Source: an uncultured Cytophagales bacterium
GTDB lineage: Bacteria; Bacteroidota; Bacteroidia; Cytophagales; Amoebophilaceae
Direction: 5' to 3'
Assembly: GCA_963922775.1 (NCBI GenBank)
Contig: CAWUJG010000002.1
Coordinates: forward strand, 6,954 to 70,953
Length of the DNA stretch: 64,000 nt
Under the pieces are notes generated by a model. The model was not told where the DNA came from. It was given only the letters and a program-made list of their open reading frames with translations, and made no database searches. Shown here in pieces: positions 7,998 to 17,988 of the stretch (its first letter is position 1; each line of letters opens with the position of its first letter). The translations under genes were made by a program, and so were the position numbers.

Positions 7998-10766
7998 ATG
8001 CAACCAAACTATTTCCAACAAATAGAAAAAAAATGGCAAAAATATTGGAAAACAAATGAAACATTTGCTTGCTATGAAGATTCTGACAAAGAAAAATTTT
8101 ATGTATTAGACATGTTTCCATATCCTTCTGGTGAAGGGCTACATGTAGGTCATCCCGTAGGGTATATTGCTTCTGATATTATAGCACGTTACAAACGACA
8201 CAAACAATATAATGTATTACATCCTATTGGATTTGATGCTTTTGGTCTTCCAGCAGAACAGTATGCTATACAAACTGGTCAGCACCCATCCATTACCACA
8301 GAAAAAAATATAGCTAAATATATAATACAACTCCAAAATTTAGGTTTTTCTTTTGACTGGAATAGAACTATTTCTACTGCAGATCCTGATTTCTATACTT
8401 GGACACAATGGATATTTATCCAGCTTTATAACTGCTGGTTTGACCCTGATGATATGGCAGCTAAACCACTATATACTTTGCTCAAAGATTTTAAAAATAG
8501 TGGTAATCTTTTTCTTGATCATGATGTAGATGTACCTATATTTACAGCTACTCAATGGTGTAGTATGGAACCTTATGAGCAAGAAAATATTTTGAATAAA
8601 TATCGAATGGCTTATTTAGAAGATGTTAAGGTAAACTGGTGTCCTGCCCTTGGTACTGTGCTTTCTAATGATGAAGTAAAAGATGGGTATTCAAAACGGG
8701 GAGATCATCCGGTAATACAAAAAAAAATGAGACAATGGTGTTTACGTCTTTCCAGCTTTGCTGAACGTTTAATTATGGGTTTAGATGAATTAGAATGGCC
8801 AGGGTATATAAAAGAAATTCAAAAAAACTGGATAGGAAAAACTGTGGGGGCAACATTCGATTTTTTATTGCCCAGTCATCCTGAAAAAAAAATTTCTGCC
8901 TTTAGCACACACCCAGAATACTGTTTTGGTATTACCTTTTTGGCCATGTCCCCAGAACATCCGTTGTGTAGCTCTATAGCTACTCCAGAACAACAGGAAA
9001 AAGTAGAGCGTTATATACAAGCATGCCAATATAAATCTGATAGGGAACGATTACAAAATGTAGACGATATTTCTGGTGTATTTACAGGTACTTATGGTAT
9101 ACATCCCTTGACGAATGAAGAGATTCCTATCTATATTGCAGACTATATTTCTGGTCATTTTGCTACAGGCATAATTATGGGAATACCTGCTCATGATCCC
9201 AAACACTACCGTTTTGCTCAACTTATGGACCTGCCCATTGTGCGTACAATGTATTATAACAGTGAACCTTTACCACACACAAGTAGCTATGGAAAAATGG
9301 TAAACTCAAAATTCATGAATGGCATGTCCCACTATCATGCACGCATATGTATATCCCGTTATCTGCGCAATAAAGAATGGGGAAGAATGAGGATATACTA
9401 TAAATTGCGTGATCCTGTCTTTAGTAGACAAAGATATTGGGGAGAACCTATCCCAATATATTATAAAGATAATGTACCTTACAGTCTACCGGTTGAAGAG
9501 TTACCATTAAAGCTTCCTTCAATAGAAAAATTTTTACCTACCTCCTCTGGAAAACCTCCTTTGGCCAGAGCAAAAGATTGGACTTTTAAAGGACATCCTT
9601 TAGAATACCATACCATGCCCGGGTGGGCAGGTTCTAGTTGGTATTTTATCCGCTATATGGATCCTAAAAATAAAGAAGATTGTATATCAAGAGAAATAAA
9701 AAAATACTGGGAAAATGTAGATCTATATGTAGGTGGAGCTGAACACGCTACAGGGCATCTTTTATATGCTCGATTTATCCATCAGTTTTTGTACGATTTA
9801 GGATATGTTACTGCAAAAGAGCCCTTTCAAAAATACCTCAATCAAGGCATGATACAGGGAAAATCGTATTTTGTATACCGGATAAAAAATACCAATAAGT
9901 TTGTGAGTTATAATTTGAAAGATAAGTATAACACCACTGCTCTTTATGTACATAACCGTCTGGTAAATAATAATATTTTAGATTTAGAAGGTTTTAAACA
10001 ATGGCAACCACAATATAAAGACGCTTTATTTATTCTGGAAGATGAAAAATATATTTGTGGCAATGAAATAGAAAAGATGTCTAAGTCAAAATACAATGTT
10101 GTTAATCCTGATGATATTATAACTCAATATAGTGCCGATACTTTACGTGTATATACTATGTTTTTAGGCCCTATAGAACAATCTAAGCCTTGGGATACAC
10201 ATGGTATAGAAGGAAGCTATCGTTTTTTGGTAAAATTTTGGAAACTATTTCACAGTGAAAAAAACCAATACAAAGTAACTGATAATAACCCATCTCTTGA
10301 AGAGAAAAAAATTTTACACTATACTATAAAAAAAGTAGAGCAAGATATTAATAAATATCAGTTTAACACTGCTATTAGTACTATGATGATTGCTGTAAAT
10401 CAGTTTACAAAAATGCAGTGTAATAAAAAGGCTGTATTACAACCTTTAGTTATACTACTTTCTCCTTTTGCTCCTCATTTAGCAGAGGAATTGTGGCAAA
10501 AATTAGGCCATGATGCTACCATAGCCTATGCCTCTTTTCCCCACTGGGATACTAAATACACTATAGAAGACTATTATACCTATCCTATTGCTATTGATGG
10601 AAAGCTGAGAACAAAGAAAAAAATATCGCTTATGTTGCAAAAACCAGAGGTAACAAAAATTGTTCTAGAAAATGAAGTAGTAAAAAAATGGACTAAAAGA
10701 AAAAAAATAGTAAAAATAATTTATGTGCCTGAAAAAATGATTAACATTGTAACTGAATCTGCATAA
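7998..10766 (+). CDS. leuS: leucine--tRNA ligase
   Basis: 922 aa with HIGH-type motif (LHVGHP) and KMSKS. LeuS-like N-terminus YWKTNETF. Confidence 0.93.
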   Translation: MQPNYFQQIEKKWQKYWKTNETFACYEDSDKEKFYVLDMFPYPSGEGLHVGHPVGYIASDIIARYKRHKQYNVLHPIGFDAFGLPAEQYAIQTGQHPSITTEKNIAKYIIQLQNLGFSFDWNRTISTADPDFYTWTQWIFIQLYNCWFDPDDMAAKPLYTLLKDFKNSGNLFLDHDVDVPIFTATQWCSMEPYEQENILNKYRMAYLEDVKVNWCPALGTVLSNDEVKDGYSKRGDHPVIQKKMRQWCLRLSSFAERLIMGLDELEWPGYIKEIQKNWIGKTVGATFDFLLPSHPEKKISAFSTHPEYCFGITFLAMSPEHPLCSSIATPEQQEKVERYIQACQYKSDRERLQNVDDISGVFTGTYGIHPLTNEEIPIYIADYISGHFATGIIMGIPAHDPKHYRFAQLMDLPIVRTMYYNSEPLPHTSSYGKMVNSKFMNGMSHYHARICISRYLRNKEWGRMRIYYKLRDPVFSRQRYWGEPIPIYYKDNVPYSLPVEELPLKLPSIEKFLPTSSGKPPLARAKDWTFKGHPLEYHTMPGWAGSSWYFIRYMDPKNKEDCISREIKKYWENVDLYVGGAEHATGHLLYARFIHQFLYDLGYVTAKEPFQKYLNQGMIQGKSYFVYRIKNTNKFVSYNLKDKYNTTALYVHNRLVNNNILDLEGFKQWQPQYKDALFILEDEKYICGNEIEKMSKSKYNVVNPDDIITQYSADTLRVYTMFLGPIEQSKPWDTHGIEGSYRFLVKFWKLFHSEKNQYKVTDNNPSLEEKKILHYTIKKVEQDINKYQFNTAISTMMIAVNQFTKMQCNKKAVLQPLVILLSPFAPHLAEELWQKLGHDATIAYASFPHWDTKYTIEDYYTYPIAIDGKLRTKKKISLMLQKPEVTKIVLENEVVKKWTKRKKIVKIIYVPEKMINIVTESA

Positions 10767-10776
10767 AATATTATAG

Positions 10777-12174
10777 ATGAATTTGATAAAATCAATATCT
10801 GGCATACGGGGTATTGTAGGAGAAGTACAGGGAGAGGGTTTTACTCCTTGGGATATTATATCTTCTACTGTGGCTTTTGGCCAATGGCTAAAGAAAAAAT
10901 ATAACACCCATATTTATTGTATTATTGGCCGTGATGGTAGGGCTTCAGGTAGTATAATAAGTAAAACTGTAGGGTCTACTTTACAAAGTATGGGTATTCA
11001 TACAGTAGATATAGGATGTAATACTACTCCATCTTTGGCCAACTATATTCCCAAAATTGGTGCTCAAGGAGGTATTATGATTACAGCCAGTCATAATCCT
11101 ATAGAATGGAATGGACTAAAACTATTCAATGCTTTAGGAGAGAGTTTAAGCCGAGTACAAGCAGAAGAGGTATATCAAGAAGAAAGATATAGTTTACAGG
11201 CTCGTTTTGAGCCACATAATCAGTTAGGAAAGTATATAAGACATCAGTCAGAAAAGGTTATACAATACCATATTAACAAGATCAAAGCATTATCTTTAGT
11301 ACAAGTAGAAGCAATTAAAAAACATAATTTTTCTATAGCTATAGATACCATTAATTCTTCTGGAAGCATTGCTATTCCTCTACTCTTATATAGTCTAGGT
11401 GTGAAAAATATACAACATATTAATAATACTTGTGATGGGCAGTTTGCTCATAATCCTGAGCCCTTAATACCTCACCTTGGTAGTCTTATCAATATAATGC
11501 AAACAGGAAAGTATGATATTGGCTTTGTTGTAGATCCTGATGTAGATCGTTTAGTCATGATTACTGAAAATGGTTATCCCTTTGGAGAAGAATATACTTT
11601 AGTGGCTATAGCAGATTATATTTTACAGCATTCTCCTTATGGATGTTGTACAGTATCCAATATTTCTTCTACAAAATCATTACAAAAATTGTCTAATCAA
11701 TATAAATCAAAACATTTTTCTTCTCCTATTGGAGAATCACATGTAATAGAAAAAATGAAAGAACGAGGTGCTATTATTGGAGGAGAAGGTAATGGGGGTA
11801 TTATATATCCAAAACTGCATTATAGTCGTGATGCTTTGGTGGGTATAGCCCTTATACTTTCGTATCTTGCCACAAGTAAAAAGAAGATTTCAGCAATAAA
11901 ACAAGCTTTACCACAATATTATATGATTAAACTAGCTATAGAGATTACAGCAACACAAAGTGTGGAAAAAATATTTGAAAAGCTACAATCAAAATACCAA
12001 CAATATCCTATAGAAAAAACTGATGGCATAAAAATTTTTTTTGAAGATGCTTGGATAAACATCAGAAAATCGAATACAGAGTCCAAATTACGTATTATTG
12101 TAGAAGCTCCTACAGAAGCTGAAGCTAAAGCAATACTTTCTTCAGTAAAAGAAAAAATAGGTATTATTATATGA
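10777..12174 (+). CDS. glmM: phosphoglucosamine mutase (alpha-D-phosphohexomutase family)
   Basis: Active-site TASHNP, Mg-binding DPDVDR and sugar loop GGEGNGG. 465 aa. Confidence 0.75.
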   Translation: MNLIKSISGIRGIVGEVQGEGFTPWDIISSTVAFGQWLKKKYNTHIYCIIGRDGRASGSIISKTVGSTLQSMGIHTVDIGCNTTPSLANYIPKIGAQGGIMITASHNPIEWNGLKLFNALGESLSRVQAEEVYQEERYSLQARFEPHNQLGKYIRHQSEKVIQYHINKIKALSLVQVEAIKKHNFSIAIDTINSSGSIAIPLLLYSLGVKNIQHINNTCDGQFAHNPEPLIPHLGSLINIMQTGKYDIGFVVDPDVDRLVMITENGYPFGEEYTLVAIADYILQHSPYGCCTVSNISSTKSLQKLSNQYKSKHFSSPIGESHVIEKMKERGAIIGGEGNGGIIYPKLHYSRDALVGIALILSYLATSKKKISAIKQALPQYYMIKLAIEITATQSVEKIFEKLQSKYQQYPIEKTDGIKIFFEDAWINIRKSNTESKLRIIVEAPTEAEAKAILSSVKEKIGIII

Positions 12175-13406
12175 TAATTCATTATGATCATTGGACGTTA
12201 AACAATGGTTTAAACGTTATATGCCATGTCAATCCATCCAGTACATTGGCTACAATAAATGTACTGTATCATGTAGGATCATCTCATGAGCCTCAAAATA
12301 AAACAGGTTTAGCCCATCTTTGTGAACATTTAATGTTTGGTGCTTCACAGCATGTGCTTTGTTATGATAAGGCACTTCAACGTGTAGGGGGAGATAATAA
12401 TGCTTATACTACAAAAGATGTAACACACTATCACTGTACCTTACCACCTAATAATATAGAAACAGGGTTTTGGCTAGAGTCTGACAGAATGCTTGGGTTA
12501 AAGCTTACACAGCAAAGTGTTGACATACAGAAAAAAGTAGTAATAGAAGAGTTTAAAGAATGTTATCTGAATCAGCCTTATGGAGATATATGGCTTCATC
12601 TACTTCCTTTAGCATATGGGAATCATCCATACCATTGGCCTACTATTGGCAAGAGCATTATGGATATTGAAAGCATTACTTTAGAAGATGTAAAGAGTTT
12701 TTTTGCGCATCATTATATTCCTCAAAAGGCTACACTAGTAGTAGCAGGTAATGTACAATGTAGTGAGATTAAAAGGCTAAGCAAAAAATGGTTTGAATCT
12801 ATTCCAGCAAATAAAAATGTGCAGCAATCTAAATTACATATAGAAGATATAGTTATACCTCAAGTTAAAGCAAAATATAAACAGATAAAAGCTAAAGGTG
12901 AACCTGGGTTATTTAAAGCATATACTATACCTGGCATAAAAAAAAGAGTACATATAAGTCTAACATTATATGCAGCTATGTTGAACAATCAGTCTTCTAA
13001 ATTTTATCAAAAATTAATCAAAGAAAAACAATATTGCAGTAGTTATGTTGTATATATTTTAGATTATATTCATACAAGTCTATTTGTTATAGAAGTCTAT
13101 AGTCAAGAAAAAAATAGATTAGAGATTATAGATAATATGATAGCGAAATTGCTCTTACAAGAGGCTCCATTAATTGATACTACTATGCTGTCGAGTGTAA
13201 AAAATAAGATGGAGATGCAATTATCTTTAGCACATTCAGATATTTTATATGTAGCTGATACTTTAGCTATGGGTCATTTTTTAGGAAATATGAATAACAT
13301 TAATGAACAGGTTCCCTTAATGCAAAGTATACATAAAAAGGAGATCCAAAATGCTGTGGATACTTATTTAGTAGCGGAGAATTGTACTTCTATTTCTTAT
13401 CTATAA
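12171..13406 (+). CDS. M16 (pitrilysin/insulinase) family zinc peptidase
   Basis: Inverted zinc motif HxxEH (HLCEH). 411 aa. ATGA overlap with glmM. Confidence 0.8.
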   Translation: MIIHYDHWTLNNGLNVICHVNPSSTLATINVLYHVGSSHEPQNKTGLAHLCEHLMFGASQHVLCYDKALQRVGGDNNAYTTKDVTHYHCTLPPNNIETGFWLESDRMLGLKLTQQSVDIQKKVVIEEFKECYLNQPYGDIWLHLLPLAYGNHPYHWPTIGKSIMDIESITLEDVKSFFAHHYIPQKATLVVAGNVQCSEIKRLSKKWFESIPANKNVQQSKLHIEDIVIPQVKAKYKQIKAKGEPGLFKAYTIPGIKKRVHISLTLYAAMLNNQSSKFYQKLIKEKQYCSSYVVYILDYIHTSLFVIEVYSQEKNRLEIIDNMIAKLLLQEAPLIDTTMLSSVKNKMEMQLSLAHSDILYVADTLAMGHFLGNMNNINEQVPLMQSIHKKEIQNAVDTYLVAENCTSISYL

Positions 13407-13554
13407 AAAAGCTGAGGTTAATATTTACTTGCTTTTTATTTATCATATATTGATTTTTTGTATAAATATTGTCTTTTTTAGTCAGTAAAAATGTATGTTT
13501 CAATGATATATGTAATATTAAATCGGTTTAGTCTTATCCATTAAATACTTCGTA

Positions 13555-14595
13555 ATGACTAGATATCCACCTAACAGAAAGGCTGTATTTACCCATGCTG
13601 ATGGTCTCATGCAAGGGGTTCCTCATGATCATCTATTCAAAAATAGCTTTAGCTATCCAGATATAGCCCAATATTTTTTTAAAGCAGTGCTAGATCCATC
13701 TATACTAGATGAAGTTGACTTGAGCACACTAAAAAAGGAAAACAATAGCCTTCTCTCTACCTATCAAAATGAAAGACACTGTGACTTGGTTTTGAGTTCT
13801 ACATTTAGAGGTAAACCACAGAGTATTTATTTTATAATAGAACACCAATCAACCCCAGATGTTACTATGAGAAATAGGATGCTAGAATATAAAACACTGT
13901 TCTTAAATAATTGGAAAAAAGACTCTCAAAATAGAGGAAGAAAATAGCCCTTAGTAATGTTTTTTTGTCTTTACCATGGTAAAACTTTATATCCCTATAG
14001 TACAGATTATTATGAACAGTTTTTACATCCAGATTTATCTCAAACTGAACACTTAAACATGCATTTGATAGATCTAAATACATTTTCTTCTAAAAAATAC
14101 TTGTCCTATGGACCCTTAAGTCTTATATTATATTTATTAAATTGTAGTGGTGGAAGTAAAAACTATTTATCGGCAATAAAATCAGCCAAAAAACTAGGCA
14201 TGGTAAAATCCTTAGAAAAAGTACCTATTTCTCATGATTTTATATCTCTAATAAACATATATTTGTATATTGTAGTTCGAGAAGAGAATATAGATGAAAT
14301 ACTAAAAGAGTTCAAAGTAACTCCTAAAATACACAAGCAATTTATGGAATATATTCAACAGGTAAGATCCAAATGGATGGAAAGAGGTAGGGAAGAGGGA
14401 AGGGAAGAAGGCCTATTCCTTGGAATGGAAAAGGGTAAAAAAGAAGGTCCATTCCTTGGAATGGAAAAGGGTAAAAAAGAAGAGAAATTAGCAATAGCCC
14501 AAGCACTTTTCAAACAAGGTATAGATATAAAAATTATAGAAAGTGTCACAGGTTTATCACGGAAAGATATTCTAGACTTGAGAGCACAGTGTTAA
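13555..14595 (+). pseudogene. Rpn/YhgA-like (Transposase_31, PD-(D/E)XK) recombination-promoting nuclease gene interrupted by one in-frame TAG
   Basis: ORFs 13555-13947 and 13957-14595 are in the same frame and separated only by TAG 13945-13947. N-terminal HDHLFK motif, nuclease core D...IIEHQS, and a conserved PLV..LYHG segment directly after the stop. Confidence 0.75.
14410..14481 (+). repeat. 36-bp tandem duplication (2 units, 34/36 identical) inside the Rpn-like pseudogene, encoding G(L/P)FLGMEKGKKE twice
   Basis: Units 14410-14445 and 14446-14481 compared base by base. Confidence 0.9.
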
Positions 14596-14688
14596 AATAT
14601 TTAAATTTTTTTGTATTGTGGGGGTATTATGTGTTTAAAAATAACTAGATAATTAGCTGTTAGCTGTATTGGATACTTTTTTTAATTT

Positions 14689-15612
14689 ATGTCTTGTTTA
14701 GATATTGCTCACTTATTAAGTATACAATCTCTTTCTCTAGCTGATATACATAAAATTTTTGACCTTACTACAAAAATTCGTCAAGAGCCTTGTAATACTT
14801 TACTTCAAAAACTACAACATATTACTATTGCTAATATTTTTTTTGAAAATTCCACACGAACAAAACTGGCCTTTGAAGTAGCAGAGAAAAATTTAGGTAT
14901 GAAAATACTTAATTTTGCTGCACAGAGTAGTTCCCTAAAAAAGGGCGAAACATTATTAGATACAGTAAAAAATATTGTAGCTATGCAAGTACAAATGGTG
15001 GTGCTAAGGCATGCTGATCCTGGTGCAGCATATTTGTTATCACAACATGTAGATGCACATATTATTAATGCTGGAGATGGTACGCATGAACATCCTACAC
15101 AAGCATTACAAGATGCTTACACTATGCATAGTTATTTGGGCAATTTGTATTATAAACATATTGCTATACTTGGAGATATTGTGCATTCACGTGTAGCATT
15201 ATCTAACATTTTTTTATTGCAAAAACTAGGGGCTAAAGTAATGGTTTGTAGCCCTAATACTCTTCTTCCTTCACATATTCATCATTTAGGTGTAAAGGTA
15301 GCTGCTAACATACAAGAAGCAGTAGACTGGTGCGATGTGGCTTATGTATTGCGTATACAGAAAGAAAGACAAAAAGAAAAAGATAGCGCTCTGCCGTCGT
15401 TAAGAGAATATCAACTTTATTTTGGTCTTAATAAGGCTTTGGTCAAGTCTCGTAAAAAAAAAATATGGATAATGCATCCTGGTCCTATTAATCCTAATGT
15501 AGAAATTACAGACTATGTAGTAGAAAATAGTCCTGCCATTTTAACCCAAGTACGTCACGGTGTTGCCATAAGAATGGCTGTATTATATTTATTGGCTACT
15601 TCTTCTTTATAG
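14689..15612 (+). CDS. pyrB: aspartate carbamoyltransferase catalytic subunit
   Basis: ENSTRT(K) carbamoyl-phosphate motif, HEHPTQAL, HSRV and MHPGP motifs. 307 aa. Confidence 0.85.
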   Translation: MSCLDIAHLLSIQSLSLADIHKIFDLTTKIRQEPCNTLLQKLQHITIANIFFENSTRTKLAFEVAEKNLGMKILNFAAQSSSLKKGETLLDTVKNIVAMQVQMVVLRHADPGAAYLLSQHVDAHIINAGDGTHEHPTQALQDAYTMHSYLGNLYYKHIAILGDIVHSRVALSNIFLLQKLGAKVMVCSPNTLLPSHIHHLGVKVAANIQEAVDWCDVAYVLRIQKERQKEKDSALPSLREYQLYFGLNKALVKSRKKKIWIMHPGPINPNVEITDYVVENSPAILTQVRHGVAIRMAVLYLLATSSL

Positions 15613-15620
15613 AAGAAAAC

Positions 15621-15657
15621 TAAGAGATCAAGAATAAAATATATTTTTGATCTCTTA
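15621..15657. terminator. 11-bp perfect inverted repeat (taagagatcaa / ttgatctctta, 15-nt loop) between convergent pyrB and the decayed lipoprotein gene; possible terminator
   Basis: Arms read directly. On the minus strand the hairpin is followed by gttttcttct. There is no clean T-run on the plus strand. Confidence 0.35.
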
Positions 15658-15703
15658 CGGTATGTATAAAAGACTTTAGAGAGGAATTTGATAAGATTTA
15701 ATC

Positions 15704-16434
15704 TTAATTTTTATTTTCTAAATATTTTACTGTTAAGTATACATCATTACCATTTGCATCTTTTATTGTTATTTTTTGGTATCTCCTTTGAGATGGTTTA
15801 TCTGAATCACCTCCCTTCATCACTATAATACCATTCACCGAGTTGACTACCACCGTATGCACCTCCTAATGCACCTAACGTCCATAAAATTTATAGTCTT
15901 TACCTAAGCATTTTTCAGCTACATAACCACCCGTCTTATAAACCTAGTACACCTCCTCCTATACCTCCTCCTAAGTTAGCTAGTTTCTTCATCCATTAAT
16001 GGCTCTTCGGGGGTTTCTTTTGGTTGTTTTTTTTAGCAAGACTTCTTTCAGTGAACCATTGGCTAGTTTTTTTTCCTTGAGTCCTTACATCCTTTTCTAG
16101 ATTTTTGAACTGTTTATAATTAAATGATGCATCATATGGTTTCAATTCCATAATCTTGAAATGGTCAAATTTTTTTTGTCAAAATCAATCTTTTTAGGTA
16201 GTTTAAATTCTTTAGAAATATCCTCTGTCTTCAACCATCCACGTAATGTATCTTCCTTATCCTCATGTTTGGAAGACTTACTTGAATCATTTGTATTTTT
16301 TTTTGATCTATTTTATTTGTTGTTGGAGGATCCATCATTAATTTTACATATTTTTCTTGTGTTTTTATAACTTGATTATAACGTTTACATGCTACAAAGG
16401 ATACAACGGTAAGGTAAAATATAAATTTTTTCAT
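15704..16434 (-). pseudogene. multiply frameshifted glycine-zipper lipoprotein gene (SlyB / 17-kDa-antigen-like)
   Basis: N-terminal signal plus Cys (MKKFIFYLTVVSFVAC). The downstream coding sense continues in shifting frames: ...NTNDSSKSSKHEDKEDTLRGWLKTEDISKEFKLPKKIDFDKK / QKKFDHFKIMELKPYDASFNYKQFKNLEKDVRTQGKK / LANLGGGIGGGVLG / LGALGGAYGGSQLGEWYYSDEG / GGDSDKPSQRRYQKITIKDANGNDVYLTVKYLENKN*. Two of the shifts sit at T9 (16296-16304) and T8 (16170-16177) tracts. Confidence 0.55.
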
Positions 16435-16705
16435 TATTGATTAGTTTAAATAGTTAAAAATAGTTAAAACACTACTATAAAAAACCTAATAAAAATTTTT
16501 TTATGTAATAGGTTTTATCCTTTAATTTTTCTCCAAGATTTTCCACACTAAATAAGCATAAAAGAATACCCAATGTTGGTATTAAAATTTGTATTTTATA
16601 CATTTGTAAAATGCTTAGCAACTTCCTACTTTTAAGGAAGTAAAATATAATTTATACTAAACACATAACTGAAATTTTTAAATACATCTAAATTATCTAT
16701 CTCTA

Positions 16706-17935
16706 ATGAACAAAGAATCTTTAAAAGAGCTCTTCGCAACATTTACGCAAGCATACCATATTGATAATCCTACCTTCATAAAAATATTAGAAGATGTATT
16801 TAAAACAATGATATTAAAAAAATATGGTAGCAATGATAAATTTGATATTATAATTAATATTGAAAAAGGTGACTTGCAAATATGGCAATTCAAAACTATA
16901 GTAAAAGATGAAGAACCTCAGACTCCACATACCATATCATTATCTGAAGCACAAAAGGTAGAAAAAGATTTTGAAATAGGCGAAGAAATGGCACAAGAAA
17001 TTCAAATTTCTTCTTTTGGTCGTGCTACAATCAATTTTGCGAAACAACTTATTGTAAAGAAAATAAATCATTTTAAGATAACTCGGAGCTATCAAAAATA
17101 TAGTCTGCTGGTAGGAAAAATTATTACAGGAGAAGTTCTACAGGTTTTACGCAATGAAATTATTGTTGTAGATAATGAAAAACAAGAATTAATCTTGCCT
17201 AAAACAGAACAAATAGAAAAAGATCGATACAAAAAAGGACAAGAAATAAAAGCAGTAGTAAAACGTGTGGAATTTAAAAATAATCATCTCTACATCATTA
17301 TTTCTCGTACTTCACCAGAGTTTCTAGTACAACTTTTCGAGCAAGAAATTCCAGAAATATCTGATGGTATTATTCAAATAAAAAAAGCAGTAAGACAACC
17401 AGGGCAAAGAGCTAAAATTGTAGTATCATCTTTTGATGATCTTATTGATCCTGTGGGAGCCTGTATAGGTATGAAAGGGTCACGTATACATAATATAGTA
17501 AGAGAACTTCGTAATGAAAGTATAGATGTAATTCATGATACAGACAATGCTGAGTTGTTTTTAGCACGTACACTTAGTCCTGCAAAAATTAGCAAAATGC
17601 AGTATCTAGAAAATGATAGAATAGCTGTATACCTACTTCCTGATCAAGTATCTCTTGCTGTAGGTAAAAATGGACAAAATATTAGGCTAGCTAGCGACTT
17701 AATAGGTAAGGCCATAGATGTATATAAAGAACTTAATGATAATGAACAAGATATTCATATAGATGACTTTGCGCATGAAATAGATGAATGGATTATAGAA
17801 GAGCTTAAAAAAGTAGGGTTTTGTACAGCAAAAAGTATCTTGAACACAACAAAAGAAAAATTAGAACAAAAATTAGATTTAGAAAAACAAACTATAAAAG
17901 ATATATATCAAATTCTAAGCCAAGAGTTTGTTTAA
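16706..17935 (+). CDS. nusA: transcription termination/antitermination factor NusA
   Basis: 409 aa with an N-terminal domain, S1 domain and two KH domains (GACIGMKGSRI, AVGKNGQNIRL). Followed by infB. Confidence 0.92.
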   Translation: MNKESLKELFATFTQAYHIDNPTFIKILEDVFKTMILKKYGSNDKFDIIINIEKGDLQIWQFKTIVKDEEPQTPHTISLSEAQKVEKDFEIGEEMAQEIQISSFGRATINFAKQLIVKKINHFKITRSYQKYSLLVGKIITGEVLQVLRNEIIVVDNEKQELILPKTEQIEKDRYKKGQEIKAVVKRVEFKNNHLYIIISRTSPEFLVQLFEQEIPEISDGIIQIKKAVRQPGQRAKIVVSSFDDLIDPVGACIGMKGSRIHNIVRELRNESIDVIHDTDNAELFLARTLSPAKISKMQYLENDRIAVYLLPDQVSLAVGKNGQNIRLASDLIGKAIDVYKELNDNEQDIHIDDFAHEIDEWIIEELKKVGFCTAKSILNTTKEKLEQKLDLEKQTIKDIYQILSQEFV

Positions 17936-17988
17936 AAGCATATATCTTTTGCATAAAATATTCTTCAAAAATACATTTAAATATATAT

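Noticed and set aside
14380-14490. CRISPR-like or minisatellite array
   Set aside because: It has only two units, is in frame, and lies inside a coding region (a protein-level EKG repeat). No spacers or leader are present. The same applies to 49103-49150.
16161-16370. 69-aa plus-strand ORF
   Set aside because: It is antisense to the decayed lipoprotein gene. It has Leu/Ser/Phe-rich composition and no start context.
17821-17988. 56-codon N-terminal extension of infB in the track
   Set aside because: It overlaps the 3' end of nusA and encodes a low-complexity basic peptide. The conserved IF-2 N-terminus ([20 protein letters not shown]) starts at ATG 17989.
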